From: Saprospiraceae bacterium
Lineage (GTDB): Bacteria > Bacteroidota > Bacteroidia > Chitinophagales > Saprospiraceae
Length of the DNA: 35,195 bases
Assembly (NCBI GenBank): GCA_032115735.1
Contig: JAUMBM010000270.1
Coordinates: 1 to 35,195 of the forward strand
Direction of reading: 5' to 3'
Every line of letters starts with the position of its first letter. Position 1 is the first letter of the stretch. The translations under genes and the position numbers were made by a program. Below the pieces are notes generated by a model. It did not search any database. It saw only the letters and a program-made list of their open reading frames with translations, and was not told where the DNA came from. Positions 8,613-17,434 of the stretch are shown here, piece by piece.

Positions 8613-9827
8613 ATGGCCAATGAATGGAATGTCGGAGAAAAATCCTCCGGCGGATTGAAAAAAGAAACTGAATACGCTGTAACTGTCGGTGTGATTCAGC
8701 CGAATATGACGGAGCGTCAGGTTAATGAGTACCTCGATGAGCTAGAGTTTTTGGCACTCACTGCAGGTGCAGTTACGCAAAAACGCTTTTTACAAAAGCT
8801 CCCCCACCCTGACTCCCGCACTTTTGTAGGCAAGGGTAAGCTTGAGGAGATAAAGAGCTATATCGATGCCAATGAAGAAGTGAGCCTCGTTATTTTCGAT
8901 GACGATTTGTCCGGCAAGCAGGTCAATGCGCTGGAGGAGACGCTGAAGGTAAAGATTATTGACAGGTCCACGCTCATCTTAGATATTTTTGCCAGCAGAG
9001 CGCAGACGGCGCAGGCAAAAACGCAGGTGGAACTGGCACAGATGCAGTACCTGCTACCCCGGCTCAGGGGCCTGTGGACGCACCTTGAGCGGCAGCGCGG
9101 CGGTATCGGCATGCGCGGTCCCGGTGAGAAGGAAATTGAAACTGACCGGCGGATTGTCCGCGATAAAATATCGCTTCTCAAGAAGAAACTTGAAAAAATA
9201 GATCTGCAGAATGTCACCCAGCGGAAGACAAGGGAGACACTTATCAGGGTTGCCTTGGTCGGTTACACCAACGTGGGTAAGAGCACCCTGATGAATCTGC
9301 TCAGCAAGTCAGATGTTTTTGCCGAGAACAAACTGTTTGCCACTCTTGATACGACCGTGCGCAAGCTGGCTCTTGAGGGGGTACCTTTTTTGCTGTCCGA
9401 TACAGTAGGCTTCATACGGAAGCTCCCCCACCACCTCATCGAAAGCTTCAAGTCAACGCTGGATGAAGTGCGGGAAAGCGACATCCTTCTCCACGTGGTT
9501 GATATTGCACACCCACAGCACGAAGACCATATTCGTACGGTGATGCAAACGCTCAAGGATATTGGTGCGCAAGACAAGCCTACCCTGCTTGTTTTCAATA
9601 AAATCGATCTGTACAGAGAACTCAACTACGATCCTTATGTCGACGAAGAAGCCCGGCAGGAGATCGAGGGCAGTCTGATCGAAAGCCTGCAGTTTCAGTT
9701 TGGTTCGGAAGCGATACTCGTTTCTGCAGTCAGTCGTGAAAATATGGATGCGCTCAGGCAGCGCGTCCTGTCGATGGTACGGGAGCAGTACCACCTGCGC
9801 TACCCCTATTTGGCGCAGAAGTGGTAA
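8613..9827 (+). CDS. hflX: GTPase HflX
   Basis: 404 aa. N-terminal HflX domain (LDIFASRAQTAQAKTQVELAQMQYLLPRL), G1 GYTNVGKST, G3 DTVGF, G4 NKID. Confidence 0.93.
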   Translation: MANEWNVGEKSSGGLKKETEYAVTVGVIQPNMTERQVNEYLDELEFLALTAGAVTQKRFLQKLPHPDSRTFVGKGKLEEIKSYIDANEEVSLVIFDDDLSGKQVNALEETLKVKIIDRSTLILDIFASRAQTAQAKTQVELAQMQYLLPRLRGLWTHLERQRGGIGMRGPGEKEIETDRRIVRDKISLLKKKLEKIDLQNVTQRKTRETLIRVALVGYTNVGKSTLMNLLSKSDVFAENKLFATLDTTVRKLALEGVPFLLSDTVGFIRKLPHHLIESFKSTLDEVRESDILLHVVDIAHPQHEDHIRTVMQTLKDIGAQDKPTLLVFNKIDLYRELNYDPYVDEEARQEIEGSLIESLQFQFGSEAILVSAVSRENMDALRQRVLSMVREQYHLRYPYLAQKW

Positions 9828-9845
9828 CTCACTTGCTAACCGTTG

Positions 9846-9880
9846 CTGGTTGGGCCGGGCGCAGCTACCGGCCCAACCAG
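9846..9880 (+). terminator. stem-loop between hflX and the aminopeptidase gene (no U-tract)
   Basis: 13-bp perfect stem CTGGTTGGGCCGG / CCGGCCCAACCAG with a 9-nt loop, 19 nt after the hflX stop. No T-run follows it. Confidence 0.5.
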
Positions 9881-9899
9881 CGTATCAACCAAGTATGTT

Positions 9900-10997
9900 A
9901 TGAATAGTATGCTCAACAAATATGCCCGGCTATTGGTCCGCTACTGCCTGTCGATTCAGCCCGGGGAGAGGCTTTTTATTCGTACCACCACTTTGGCGGA
10001 ACCCCTGGTAAAAGAAGTATATCGCGAGGCTCTGCGTGCGGGTGGATTGGTAGAAACGGAGCTGGAATTCGAAGGACAGAACCGGATACTGCTGCAAGAG
10101 GGCAACGATGTACAGCTGGGGTATGTCTCGATGCTGTACAGCGAAGCAATGCAGCACTTTGACGCCTATCTTTACATAAAGGCGCCTTACAGTCTGCGTG
10201 AAGGCTACAAACCTGAAGCTGCGCGGACGCGCCAGCGCCAGCAAGCACTGGCCCCACTTTCCAATATCTATTTTGAACGCACGGCCACCCGCGCCCTAAA
10301 GCGCTGTCTTTGCCAGTACCCGACACAGGCGCAGGCACAAGAGGCAGGCATGTCTCTGGCGTCGTACGAACAGTTTGTATTTGAAGCATGCCGGCTATAC
10401 GAGGATGATCCGGTTGAAGCCTGGCGCCAGCTCAGCAGAGAGCAGCAACACATTGTAGATTATCTCAATCGCTGCCAGGAATTCCGCTACCTCAACGACC
10501 GGACGGATATCCACTTTTCGACTGCGGGCCGCATTTGGATCAACTCTGACGGACAGACCAACATGCCCAGCGGAGAAGTATATACATCCCCCATAGAAGA
10601 CAGCGCACAGGGCTTTATACATTTTGACCTGCCGGCGATCTATCAGGGGCAGGAAGTGCAGCACGTAAGCCTATGGCTAAAAGACGGTTACGTTGACCAC
10701 TGGGAGGCTGCTCAGGGTAAAGAAGTGCTGGATGAGGTTTTTGAGCTGCCCGGCGCCCGGCGCCTCGGAGAGGTGGCTATCGGTACCAACTACCGCATAC
10801 AGCGCTTCAGCCGCAACATACTTTTTGACGAAAAAATTGGCGGCACGGTGCACATGGCCATTGGACAGTCATACCTGCAGACAGGCGGCAAGAACGAGTC
10901 AGCCATTCACTGGGATATGATTGCCGATATGAAACAAGGAGGCCAAATTTTTGCTGACGGGACAAAGATCTACGAAAATGGTCTGTTCCTGATTTAA
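9900..10997 (+). CDS. M29-family aminopeptidase (AmpS/aminopeptidase T-like)
   Basis: MNSMLNKYARLLVRYCLSIQPGERLFI..., GEVYTSPIE, GEVAIGTN, IHWDMI. ATG 9900 is preferred over the TTG 9843 in the ORF track, because that extension would translate through the 9846-9880 hairpin. Confidence 0.87.
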   Translation: MNSMLNKYARLLVRYCLSIQPGERLFIRTTTLAEPLVKEVYREALRAGGLVETELEFEGQNRILLQEGNDVQLGYVSMLYSEAMQHFDAYLYIKAPYSLREGYKPEAARTRQRQQALAPLSNIYFERTATRALKRCLCQYPTQAQAQEAGMSLASYEQFVFEACRLYEDDPVEAWRQLSREQQHIVDYLNRCQEFRYLNDRTDIHFSTAGRIWINSDGQTNMPSGEVYTSPIEDSAQGFIHFDLPAIYQGQEVQHVSLWLKDGYVDHWEAAQGKEVLDEVFELPGARRLGEVAIGTNYRIQRFSRNILFDEKIGGTVHMAIGQSYLQTGGKNESAIHWDMIADMKQGGQIFADGTKIYENGLFLI

Positions 10998-11102
10998 GGG
11001 ATAAATACGTTTATTCTTTTGCCGTAGGCCTTTTTCGTTAAGATTTATGGCTTATTTTTACTGATTTATAAAAAGTGTTTAAGTATTTATTCCAATACTT
11101 TT

Positions 11103-11110
11103 TACCTTTG
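11103..11110 (+). promoter_or_regulatory. -7 promoter box (TACCTTTG) for the orphan gene
   Basis: Exact TAnnTTTG match in an AT-rich spacer, 48 nt upstream of ATG 11158. Confidence 0.4.
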
Positions 11111-11157
11111 TGATTCGGTATTAAACAACAAGTGAAAGCTTTCGCCCGAGAACGACT

Positions 11158-11952
11158 ATGAAAGAGCAACAAAGATCAAACCAAAACTACCACTCTTCCG
11201 GTAGCAACAACATTGTTGCTTTCCTGGAACTGAAGTATGGAAACATTTACGGCGGTTACCCCAACTTTTATGCCATCAGTGAGATCGCGTTACTGGTTTT
11301 TGAGTACGGATCTAACAAGATTTTTATTGAAAGCTGGGTAAATAACGCGAACGTTGACGTTGTCAACGTTTTCGCCCGCACCAATGACTTGGGGCATACC
11401 ATAGGCCGTGCCAAGGAGGTCTTCAATATGCGCACACGCCGCAGGCGTCCGTACGAGGAAGAGTTTCGTCTGGATGATGCCCAACTGCAGCAGGCGTTCC
11501 GCCAGCTTCGCCCGTCAAAGGCTCCAATCAAAAGTTTTCTGCTCAAAAATTTCAAGAAATATGGCATCCGCGATCTGATCGTATTTGACGGACGCAGAGA
11601 CATTTTCTTGTGTGAGCGAACTGGCTTCAGCTTCAATCGCGTCAATATCATTGATATCCAGAAGGATCTCAACCGCGAGACTGACTATCTTTTCTCGCTC
11701 AATAAGCTATCCGTAGTCATCAATTTTGAAATGGATCGCTCTTACCTGCGCTCCAACAATCTTGAATACTGGTTGCATCCTATTGCTGCGCGTCAGTTAC
11801 TTCCTAAGTCGGCTGCTTACGACGCTGCCCGACTAATGATGGTATACAATGAATATACTGAGTTCCATGACGATTTCCTGCTGAAAGCAGCTTTGGTACT
11901 CAACAAGATACAGAAGCAAAATCAGGCTGAGCGACCGGATCCAAACGAATAA
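11158..11952 (+). CDS. hypothetical protein; possible degenerate KapD/ERI-1-like DEDDh (DnaQ-superfamily) exonuclease fold
   Basis: 264-aa ORF with its own promoter box and terminator. By-eye motif order matches DEDDh exonucleases:
- IVAFLELKYG...ISEIALLV (Exo I, but F-L-E instead of D-x-E)
- LIVFDGRRDIFL (Exo II, Asp present)
- IIDIQKDL
- KSAAYDAARLMMVY (Exo III, K-x4-D instead of H-x4-D)

Coding status is supported by length and a non-repetitive composition. The family call is inference only. Confidence 0.65.
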   Translation: MKEQQRSNQNYHSSGSNNIVAFLELKYGNIYGGYPNFYAISEIALLVFEYGSNKIFIESWVNNANVDVVNVFARTNDLGHTIGRAKEVFNMRTRRRRPYEEEFRLDDAQLQQAFRQLRPSKAPIKSFLLKNFKKYGIRDLIVFDGRRDIFLCERTGFSFNRVNIIDIQKDLNRETDYLFSLNKLSVVINFEMDRSYLRSNNLEYWLHPIAARQLLPKSAAYDAARLMMVYNEYTEFHDDFLLKAALVLNKIQKQNQAERPDPNE

Positions 11953-11978
11953 TTTGCCACTGCTTCGCCGTACAGTAT

Positions 11979-12035
11979 GCCAAAGAAGCCCCCCCCTTCA
12001 TTTTCCGGGAAAATGAAGGGGGGGGCTTCTTTGGC
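11979..12035 (+). terminator. 27-bp perfect hairpin (probable terminator) after the orphan gene
   Basis: GCCAAAGAAG-C8-TTCATTTT ... AAAATGAA-G8-CTTCTTTGGC. I paired every position 11979-12004 with 12010-12035 by hand, around a CCGGG centre. No T-run follows it. Confidence 0.6.
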
Positions 12036-12129
12036 GTGAAGAACATTCAGACGGCCTCGACCCTGCCTAAAGCGCCTGTGTCCCGTGTTAAAAAAATGTT
12101 ATTTATACAAATGCACGGCTAATCTCAAT

Positions 12130-12137
12130 TATCTTTG
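12130..12137 (+). promoter_or_regulatory. -7 promoter box (TATCTTTG) for the cytochrome c peroxidase gene
   Basis: Exact TAnnTTTG match, 42 nt upstream of ATG 12179. Confidence 0.4.
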
Positions 12138-12178
12138 AAGTAGCGATTTCACATACGTTTACAAATTCTTGGTAAGCT

Positions 12179-13348
12179 ATGAATACATTTCCACGAATAG
12201 TCCTGCTGTCCGCCCTCATTGCAGGAAGCTTAAGCAGCTGCCTCAAAGACGAGGAAGTAACTTATACACAGACATACAGTCCTTCAGAGTATGCAGTGTT
12301 GAGACAGACACTCAATTTACCCGAAGAACAAATCAGCTATCGGTTTCAGCTGCCCCCGCACATGGCCGGAGCTGCTGCCCCCGTAATCCACAATGCCAAA
12401 GCGACTTTGGGGCGTGTGCTGTTTTACGATAAGCAGCTCTCACGTACACAGACTGTTTCTTGTGCCTCCTGCCATAAGCAGGAGCTTGCTTTCTCTGATG
12501 ACAAGGCGCTGAGCGAAGGTTTTGACGGCAGGCTTACCCGCCGCAACTCGCTGGCGTTGGCTACGGCCGCCAACTTTGTCTCTTCTTATGAAGGAGGGTC
12601 CTCTTTTGGCAATGTAGCTGGTATAGGTTTCTTTTGGGATGAACGCGCCAGCAGTATCTCCGAACAAAGCCACCTGACGATTGAAGATGAAATTGAAATG
12701 GGCATGAAAATGTCGGATCTCGTTGCTCGACTCAACGGTCAGGAGCATTATGAAATTCTCTTTGCCAAAGCTTTTGGCGATGCTCAAATCAGTGGTGACC
12801 GCGTCACGGAAGCCCTGCAGGAGTTCCTTAACGCATTCGTGTCGACCAAATCTCGCTTTGATGATGGTCTCAACAGAACACGCGATCCCTTTACGGATTT
12901 TTCCAATTACAGTCAGCTGGAAAACCGCGGCAAGAGTCTTTTCATGGCCAACTGTAGCTCTTGCCACGGGACAGATATGTCATCACCTGTGTTTATTAGC
13001 ATGGCCAACAATGGTCTCGATCAGTCTTACGCTGACAATGGCCTGGGTGAGCGTACGCTTTCACCTTCGGACAATGGGGTATTTAAGATCCCTTTCCTGC
13101 GCAATATTGCGCTGACAGCGCCCTATATGCACGACGGTCGCTTTGCCACACTGGAGGAAGTGATCGACCATTACAGTCAGGGCATCAAGTCGCATCTGAA
13201 TCTCGACCATCGTCTGCGCGCACCCAATGGTACACCAGTCCGTTTCAATTTTTCCAGTGCGGATAAGGCCGCTTTGGTTGCCTTTCTGGAATCGTTGACC
13301 GACCAGGAGTTTATTACAGATCATCGCTTCAGCGATCCTTTCCAATAA
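12179..13348 (+). CDS. di-haem cytochrome c peroxidase (CCP/MauG family) lipoprotein
   Basis: Lipoprotein signal (LIAGSLSSC), two haem-c motifs (CASCH and CSSCH), and the family-typical PYMHDGRFATLEEVIDHY. Confidence 0.9.
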   Translation: MNTFPRIVLLSALIAGSLSSCLKDEEVTYTQTYSPSEYAVLRQTLNLPEEQISYRFQLPPHMAGAAAPVIHNAKATLGRVLFYDKQLSRTQTVSCASCHKQELAFSDDKALSEGFDGRLTRRNSLALATAANFVSSYEGGSSFGNVAGIGFFWDERASSISEQSHLTIEDEIEMGMKMSDLVARLNGQEHYEILFAKAFGDAQISGDRVTEALQEFLNAFVSTKSRFDDGLNRTRDPFTDFSNYSQLENRGKSLFMANCSSCHGTDMSSPVFISMANNGLDQSYADNGLGERTLSPSDNGVFKIPFLRNIALTAPYMHDGRFATLEEVIDHYSQGIKSHLNLDHRLRAPNGTPVRFNFSSADKAALVAFLESLTDQEFITDHRFSDPFQ

Positions 13349-13371
13349 GCAGTCAATGTAAGAGACTGACT

Positions 13372-13415
13372 CAAGAACGCTCACCGGCGGCCATCGCCAC
13401 CAGTGAGCGTTCTTG
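13372..13415 (+). terminator. stem-loop terminator after the peroxidase gene
   Basis: 13-bp perfect stem CAAGAACGCTCAC / GTGAGCGTTCTTG with an 18-nt loop, followed by TTACCTATCTTTT. Confidence 0.65.
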
Positions 13416-13531
13416 TTACCTATCTTTTGAGCTTTCCTCTAAAGGAAGTCAGAGGTTGTTAAACCGGCTCCTATTTCTTTCCTCACCCGGCAAACGCTTT
13501 CCTTGTAAGTGATTATTTGGCAGAGAATGAG

Positions 13532-13539
13532 TATCTTTG
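13532..13539 (+). promoter_or_regulatory. -7 promoter box (TATCTTTG) for ahcY
   Basis: Exact TAnnTTTG match, 34 nt upstream of ATG 13573. Confidence 0.4.
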
Positions 13540-13572
13540 CGTTGTATTTTACAAAAAATAACCTCTTTTCCA

Positions 13573-14883
13573 ATGTCAACTGCAACTACCTTGAAGTATA
13601 AAGTCAAGGATATCAACATGGCCGACTGGGGCCGTAAGGAAATACGACTTGCGGAAGCTGAAATGCCCGGACTTATGGCTCTTCGTGAGCAATACGGCCC
13701 GCTTAAGCCACTGCGTGGTGCCCGCGTTGCCGGCTGTCTGCACATGACCATACAAACGGCTGTCCTCATTGAGACGCTGGTAGAGCTGGGTGCTGAGGTG
13801 AGCTGGTCTTCCTGTAATATTTTTTCTACCCAAGACCATGCCGCAGCAGCTATTGCGGCTGCGGGTGTTCCTGTATATGCCTGGAAAGGACAAACAGAGG
13901 AGGAATTCTGGTGGTGTATTGAGCAGACGTTGTTTGCCTTCGAAGGTGGCCAGCCGCTCAATATGATTCTCGATGACGGTGGAGACCTCACCAATGTGGT
14001 CCTGGATCAGCATCCCGAGCTGGTTGCAGGGATTAAAGGTATCTCTGAGGAGACGACCACCGGTGTACACCGCCTGTATGAGCGGATGGCCAACGGTACG
14101 CTGCCGTTACCTGCCATCAATGTCAATGACTCTGTAACCAAGTCTAAGTTTGACAATAAATACGGCTGCCGTGAGAGTAGTGTTGATGCCATCCGCCGGG
14201 CAACCGATATTATGATGGCTGGTAAAGTAGCTGTTGTTGCCGGCTACGGCGATGTTGGCAAAGGCACTGCTGCCAGTCTGCGTGGCGCTGGCTGTCGCGT
14301 AATCGTCACAGAGATTGATCCGATATGCGCGTTGCAAGCGGCCATGGACGGCTTTGAAGTGCGCAAAATGTCTTATGCTGCTCCCCTTGCTGACATTATT
14401 GTCACCGCCACCGGCAACGTCAATATCGTCGGTGAGAAGCACTTCCGCCTTTTAAAGGACAAGACCATCGTCTGCAACATAGGTCACTTCGACAATGAGA
14501 TTGATATGGCATGGTTGAATGCCACCTACGGGGACACCAAGATCAATATTAAGCCACAGGTAGATATGTACAATGTCGACGGCAAAGATATAATTGTCCT
14601 GGCAGAAGGCCGCCTCGTCAATCTGGGTTGTGCGACTGGTCACCCCTCTTTCGTGATGTCTACATCTTTTACCAATCAGGTGTTGGCTCAAATAGAACTT
14701 TGGAAGAATGAAGGACAGTACGAAAACAAGGTGTACATGCTGCCTAAACATCTGGATGAACAGGTAGCCTTACTGCACCTCGCCAAAATTGGTGTTGAAC
14801 TGGATATACTTTCCGATGAACAAGCCAGCTATATCGGTGTGGCGCCTGAGGGACCGTTCAAGCCTGAGTACTACCGTTACTAG
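13573..14883 (+). CDS. ahcY: adenosylhomocysteinase
   Basis: [38 protein letters not shown]..., NAD-binding [26 protein letters not shown]-terminus [12 protein letters not shown] 13573 is preferred over the upstream TTG 13537. Confidence 0.95.
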
Positions 14884-14904
14884 TTACCGAGCTGTAATAA
14901 GGGT

Positions 14905-14954
14905 TTTGCAAAAAGCCGGCAGGGGTCTCAGGATCGCTGCCGGCTTTTTGCAAA
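14905..14954. terminator. bidirectional terminator between convergent ahcY and the P-type ATPase gene
   Basis: 18-bp perfect stem TTTGCAAAAAGCCGGCAG / CTGCCGGCTTTTTGCAAA with a 14-nt loop. The right arm and loop contain the last 8 codons and the stop of the ATPase CDS. Confidence 0.8.
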
Positions 14955-17396
14955 GATATGCTTAAAGATCAGGGTACTGCCGGCAACACCCAGCGCGACA
15001 ATCGTTATAGAACTCACGGGCATGAGAATAGCTGCGACCACAGGCGAAAGTGCGCCTCGTACAGCAAAGCTCAGTCCAATAATATTGTACACAAAAGCAA
15101 AAAAGAAAGCCACGTATACGAGCCGTACGCTCGCCTTGGCATACCGCATCACCTGCGGCAGGCTTTCGAAGTATTTTCCCTCAAAAATCAGATCGCTGGC
15201 CGGAGTGAAATTATTGGCCTTTTCAGTGATAACCATACCCACCCAGGCGCGCTTGAGTGCGCCCGCATCATTGAGTCCGTCACCTATCATAAGAACATGC
15301 TCACCGCTTTCTTCAAGCTCACGGACAAAGGCGAGCTTGTCATGCGGGCTTTGTCTGAATTTCAACTTTGCATTGGTGGGGAAAACGGTCGTCAGGTGCG
15401 CATATGCATGCTCATTGTCCCCCGAAAGCAAATGAATACTGCGCGTATGCTCCTTCGACAATGCTGTCATTAATTCGCCCAACCCCTCCCTGTAGGCTTG
15501 CCGGACACTGAAGACACCGCCAAGCGCATGCCCCCAAGCCCAGTATACTTCCCCTTTCCCCATCAGGTCCGGCTGAATTTCCCTTACCCAGTCTATCCGC
15601 CCAAGTCGAAGTGGCTGCCCATTGGCTTGGGCCGACAGCCCCTTGCCCGTTTCCTCCCAGAAAAAATCCAGCTCGCAGTCGGGTAATTCCTCATTGGTTG
15701 TTAGGGCGCTCAACCATGCATAAACAGCCATACTCATGGGGTGGGTACTCTGTCTGCTGAGTTTCAACAATACCGACTTCGCATGTACATCCAAAGGACT
15801 ACCAGCGTAATTGACTTCCACACTCTTGCTGTCGGTAAGTGTTCCGGTCTTATCAAATACGATGGTGCTTGCAGCCGACAATCGTTCAATCGCTTCCGTA
15901 TTTTTGCTGTAGATACCGGTACGTGTGAGCATACGCAAAGCTGTGCCCAGCGTGAAGGGTACGGCCAACGCCAGTGCACAAGGGCAGGCGATAATGAGTA
16001 CAGCCGTGAAAGCGTTGATAGCGAGTCCGGGATTTTGGGGCCACCAGTAAGCCAGTGTGATCAGAGAAATTGTCAGAATGGTGAATGTAAAATACCGCCC
16101 CACCTTTTTTGCAATGCCGCTTGCGGAGCTGCTGCCTTCATCACGAAGATCACTCTCTACCCAAAGCTGTGTAAGGTAACTCTGGTCCACTCTTTTTTCC
16201 AGCAAGATGCGGATCGCCTCTCCCTGCTGCCGCCCACCTGCAAACAGGCGATCGCCCGTTTGCTTGGTAACCGGCTCTGCTTCACCACTGACGAAGCTGT
16301 AGTCGATGCGTGCCTTCCCCCCGAGCAGGCGTGCATCGGCAGGAATCAGTTCGGCATGTCGAATAATCAGTTTGTCGCCCGGCTGCAGTTTATCAAGTGT
16401 AACCGACTCCTCCTCCCCTTCGGCAAGGATCCGTTGAGCGGCTACCGGGAAATAGGACTTATAGTCCCTGTCAAATGAAAGTTGCTGGTAGGTTCGCCGC
16501 TGAAACCACCTGCCCGTCAACAGAAAAAAGGCAAGTCCTGCCAGACTATCGAGGTAGCCGGGGCCATAGCCTGACATAATTTCATACAGACTCCGCCCAT
16601 AGAGAACAATCATTCCGAGTGCAATCGGAATATCAATATTCCAGTCTTTGTAGCGGATCCCCGCCCAGGCGGACTTAAAATACTCCTGGCTGCTATAAAA
16701 AAGTACCGGCGTTGCCAGCAGGATATTGAAGAGATTGATGTAGAAGGGAAGCTCGCCACCATTCCATGCCTGCATTCCGAGATACTCGGGAAAGCTCAGC
16801 AACATGATATTTCCGAAAGAAAAGCCGGCAATTCCTAACTGCAGGTACAGTTTGGTTTCCGGCGTGCGCTGCTTGCTGCCCGACAGCCTGTCGAGCCTAA
16901 GATCCGGTGGATAGCCGATGGCAGCCAGCATCTCGACGGCCTTTCGAAGGCTTATGTGCTCCCTGTCAAAAACAATGGAAGCCTCCCGCTTGGGAAAATT
17001 GACATGGCTGCTAAGAAAACCGGGATGCAGTCTGGGTAGATTTTCAAGTAGCCAAATACAGGAGGCACAGTGTATCTGCGGCAGATGAAGGCGAATGCGC
17101 CCATGACGGCCCTCAGAAAATTCGAGTAGCTTTTCCTCTACTGCCAGATCATCCAGCCACGCATAACGCTCTTCCTGCTGATTTTTGCGACTAACCCCCG
17201 CTGCGGGATTGATCCTGTAATACCCATCCAGCCCATTGTCTCGCAAAAGCGTATACACGGTTTTGCAGCCCTCGCAGCAGAAATCGTGTTCATCAACCAG
17301 AATAAGACCTGGCTGGCAGTTGTCTCCACAGTGAAAACACTGTGTTGCAGTTCGTTTTCCGGCGCTGACGGAAAGTAAGTTATCGTCCAGTCTCAT
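14928..17396 (-). CDS. ccoI: heavy-metal (copper) translocating P1B-type ATPase, CcoI/FixI-like
   Basis: N-terminal Cys-rich CFHCGDNC...CCEGC module, HMA-like CASC, membrane CPC motif (IIACPCALALAVP), phosphorylation site DKTGTLT, hinge GDGLNDAGAL. ATG at 17396 (MRLDDN...) is preferred over the longer ORF ending at 17459. Confidence 0.9.
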   Translation of the reverse strand: MRLDDNLLSVSAGKRTATQCFHCGDNCQPGLILVDEHDFCCEGCKTVYTLLRDNGLDGYYRINPAAGVSRKNQQEERYAWLDDLAVEEKLLEFSEGRHGRIRLHLPQIHCASCIWLLENLPRLHPGFLSSHVNFPKREASIVFDREHISLRKAVEMLAAIGYPPDLRLDRLSGSKQRTPETKLYLQLGIAGFSFGNIMLLSFPEYLGMQAWNGGELPFYINLFNILLATPVLFYSSQEYFKSAWAGIRYKDWNIDIPIALGMIVLYGRSLYEIMSGYGPGYLDSLAGLAFFLLTGRWFQRRTYQQLSFDRDYKSYFPVAAQRILAEGEEESVTLDKLQPGDKLIIRHAELIPADARLLGGKARIDYSFVSGEAEPVTKQTGDRLFAGGRQQGEAIRILLEKRVDQSYLTQLWVESDLRDEGSSSASGIAKKVGRYFTFTILTISLITLAYWWPQNPGLAINAFTAVLIIACPCALALAVPFTLGTALRMLTRTGIYSKNTEAIERLSAASTIVFDKTGTLTDSKSVEVNYAGSPLDVHAKSVLLKLSRQSTHPMSMAVYAWLSALTTNEELPDCELDFFWEETGKGLSAQANGQPLRLGRIDWVREIQPDLMGKGEVYWAWGHALGGVFSVRQAYREGLGELMTALSKEHTRSIHLLSGDNEHAYAHLTTVFPTNAKLKFRQSPHDKLAFVRELEESGEHVLMIGDGLNDAGALKRAWVGMVITEKANNFTPASDLIFEGKYFESLPQVMRYAKASVRLVYVAFFFAFVYNIIGLSFAVRGALSPVVAAILMPVSSITIVALGVAGSTLIFKHIFAKSRQRS

Positions 17397-17426
17397 GGTA
17401 ATACAGGCTGCTCGCAATAGCCCGGT

Positions 17427-17434
17427 CAAAAATA
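17427..17434 (-). promoter_or_regulatory. -7 promoter box (TATTTTTG on minus strand) for the ATPase gene
   Basis: The plus strand reads CAAAAATA. The box lies 31 nt upstream of the ATG at 17396. Confidence 0.35.

Noticed and set aside
11350-11370. 21-nt palindrome AACGTTGAC-GTT-GTCAACGTT inside the orphan CDS (encodes NVDVVNV).
   Set aside because: One 9-bp stem with a short loop is about what is expected by chance in 35 kb. It lies within coding sequence, with no supporting context.
11005-12161. 9-bp direct repeat ATACGTTTA at 11005-11013 and 12153-12161, bracketing the orphan gene like target-site duplications.
   Set aside because: A 9-mer shared between two ~200-bp AT-rich spacers has a chance probability of roughly 0.1-0.3. 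There is no integrase, transposase or terminal inverted repeat, so this is too weak to call an insertion boundary.
13349-13572. Looked for an SAH riboswitch upstream of ahcY (the ACGCTCAC string caught my eye).
   Set aside because: The string is one arm of a simple 13-bp terminator hairpin for the preceding gene. The pseudoknotted SAH-element consensus is not reproduced.
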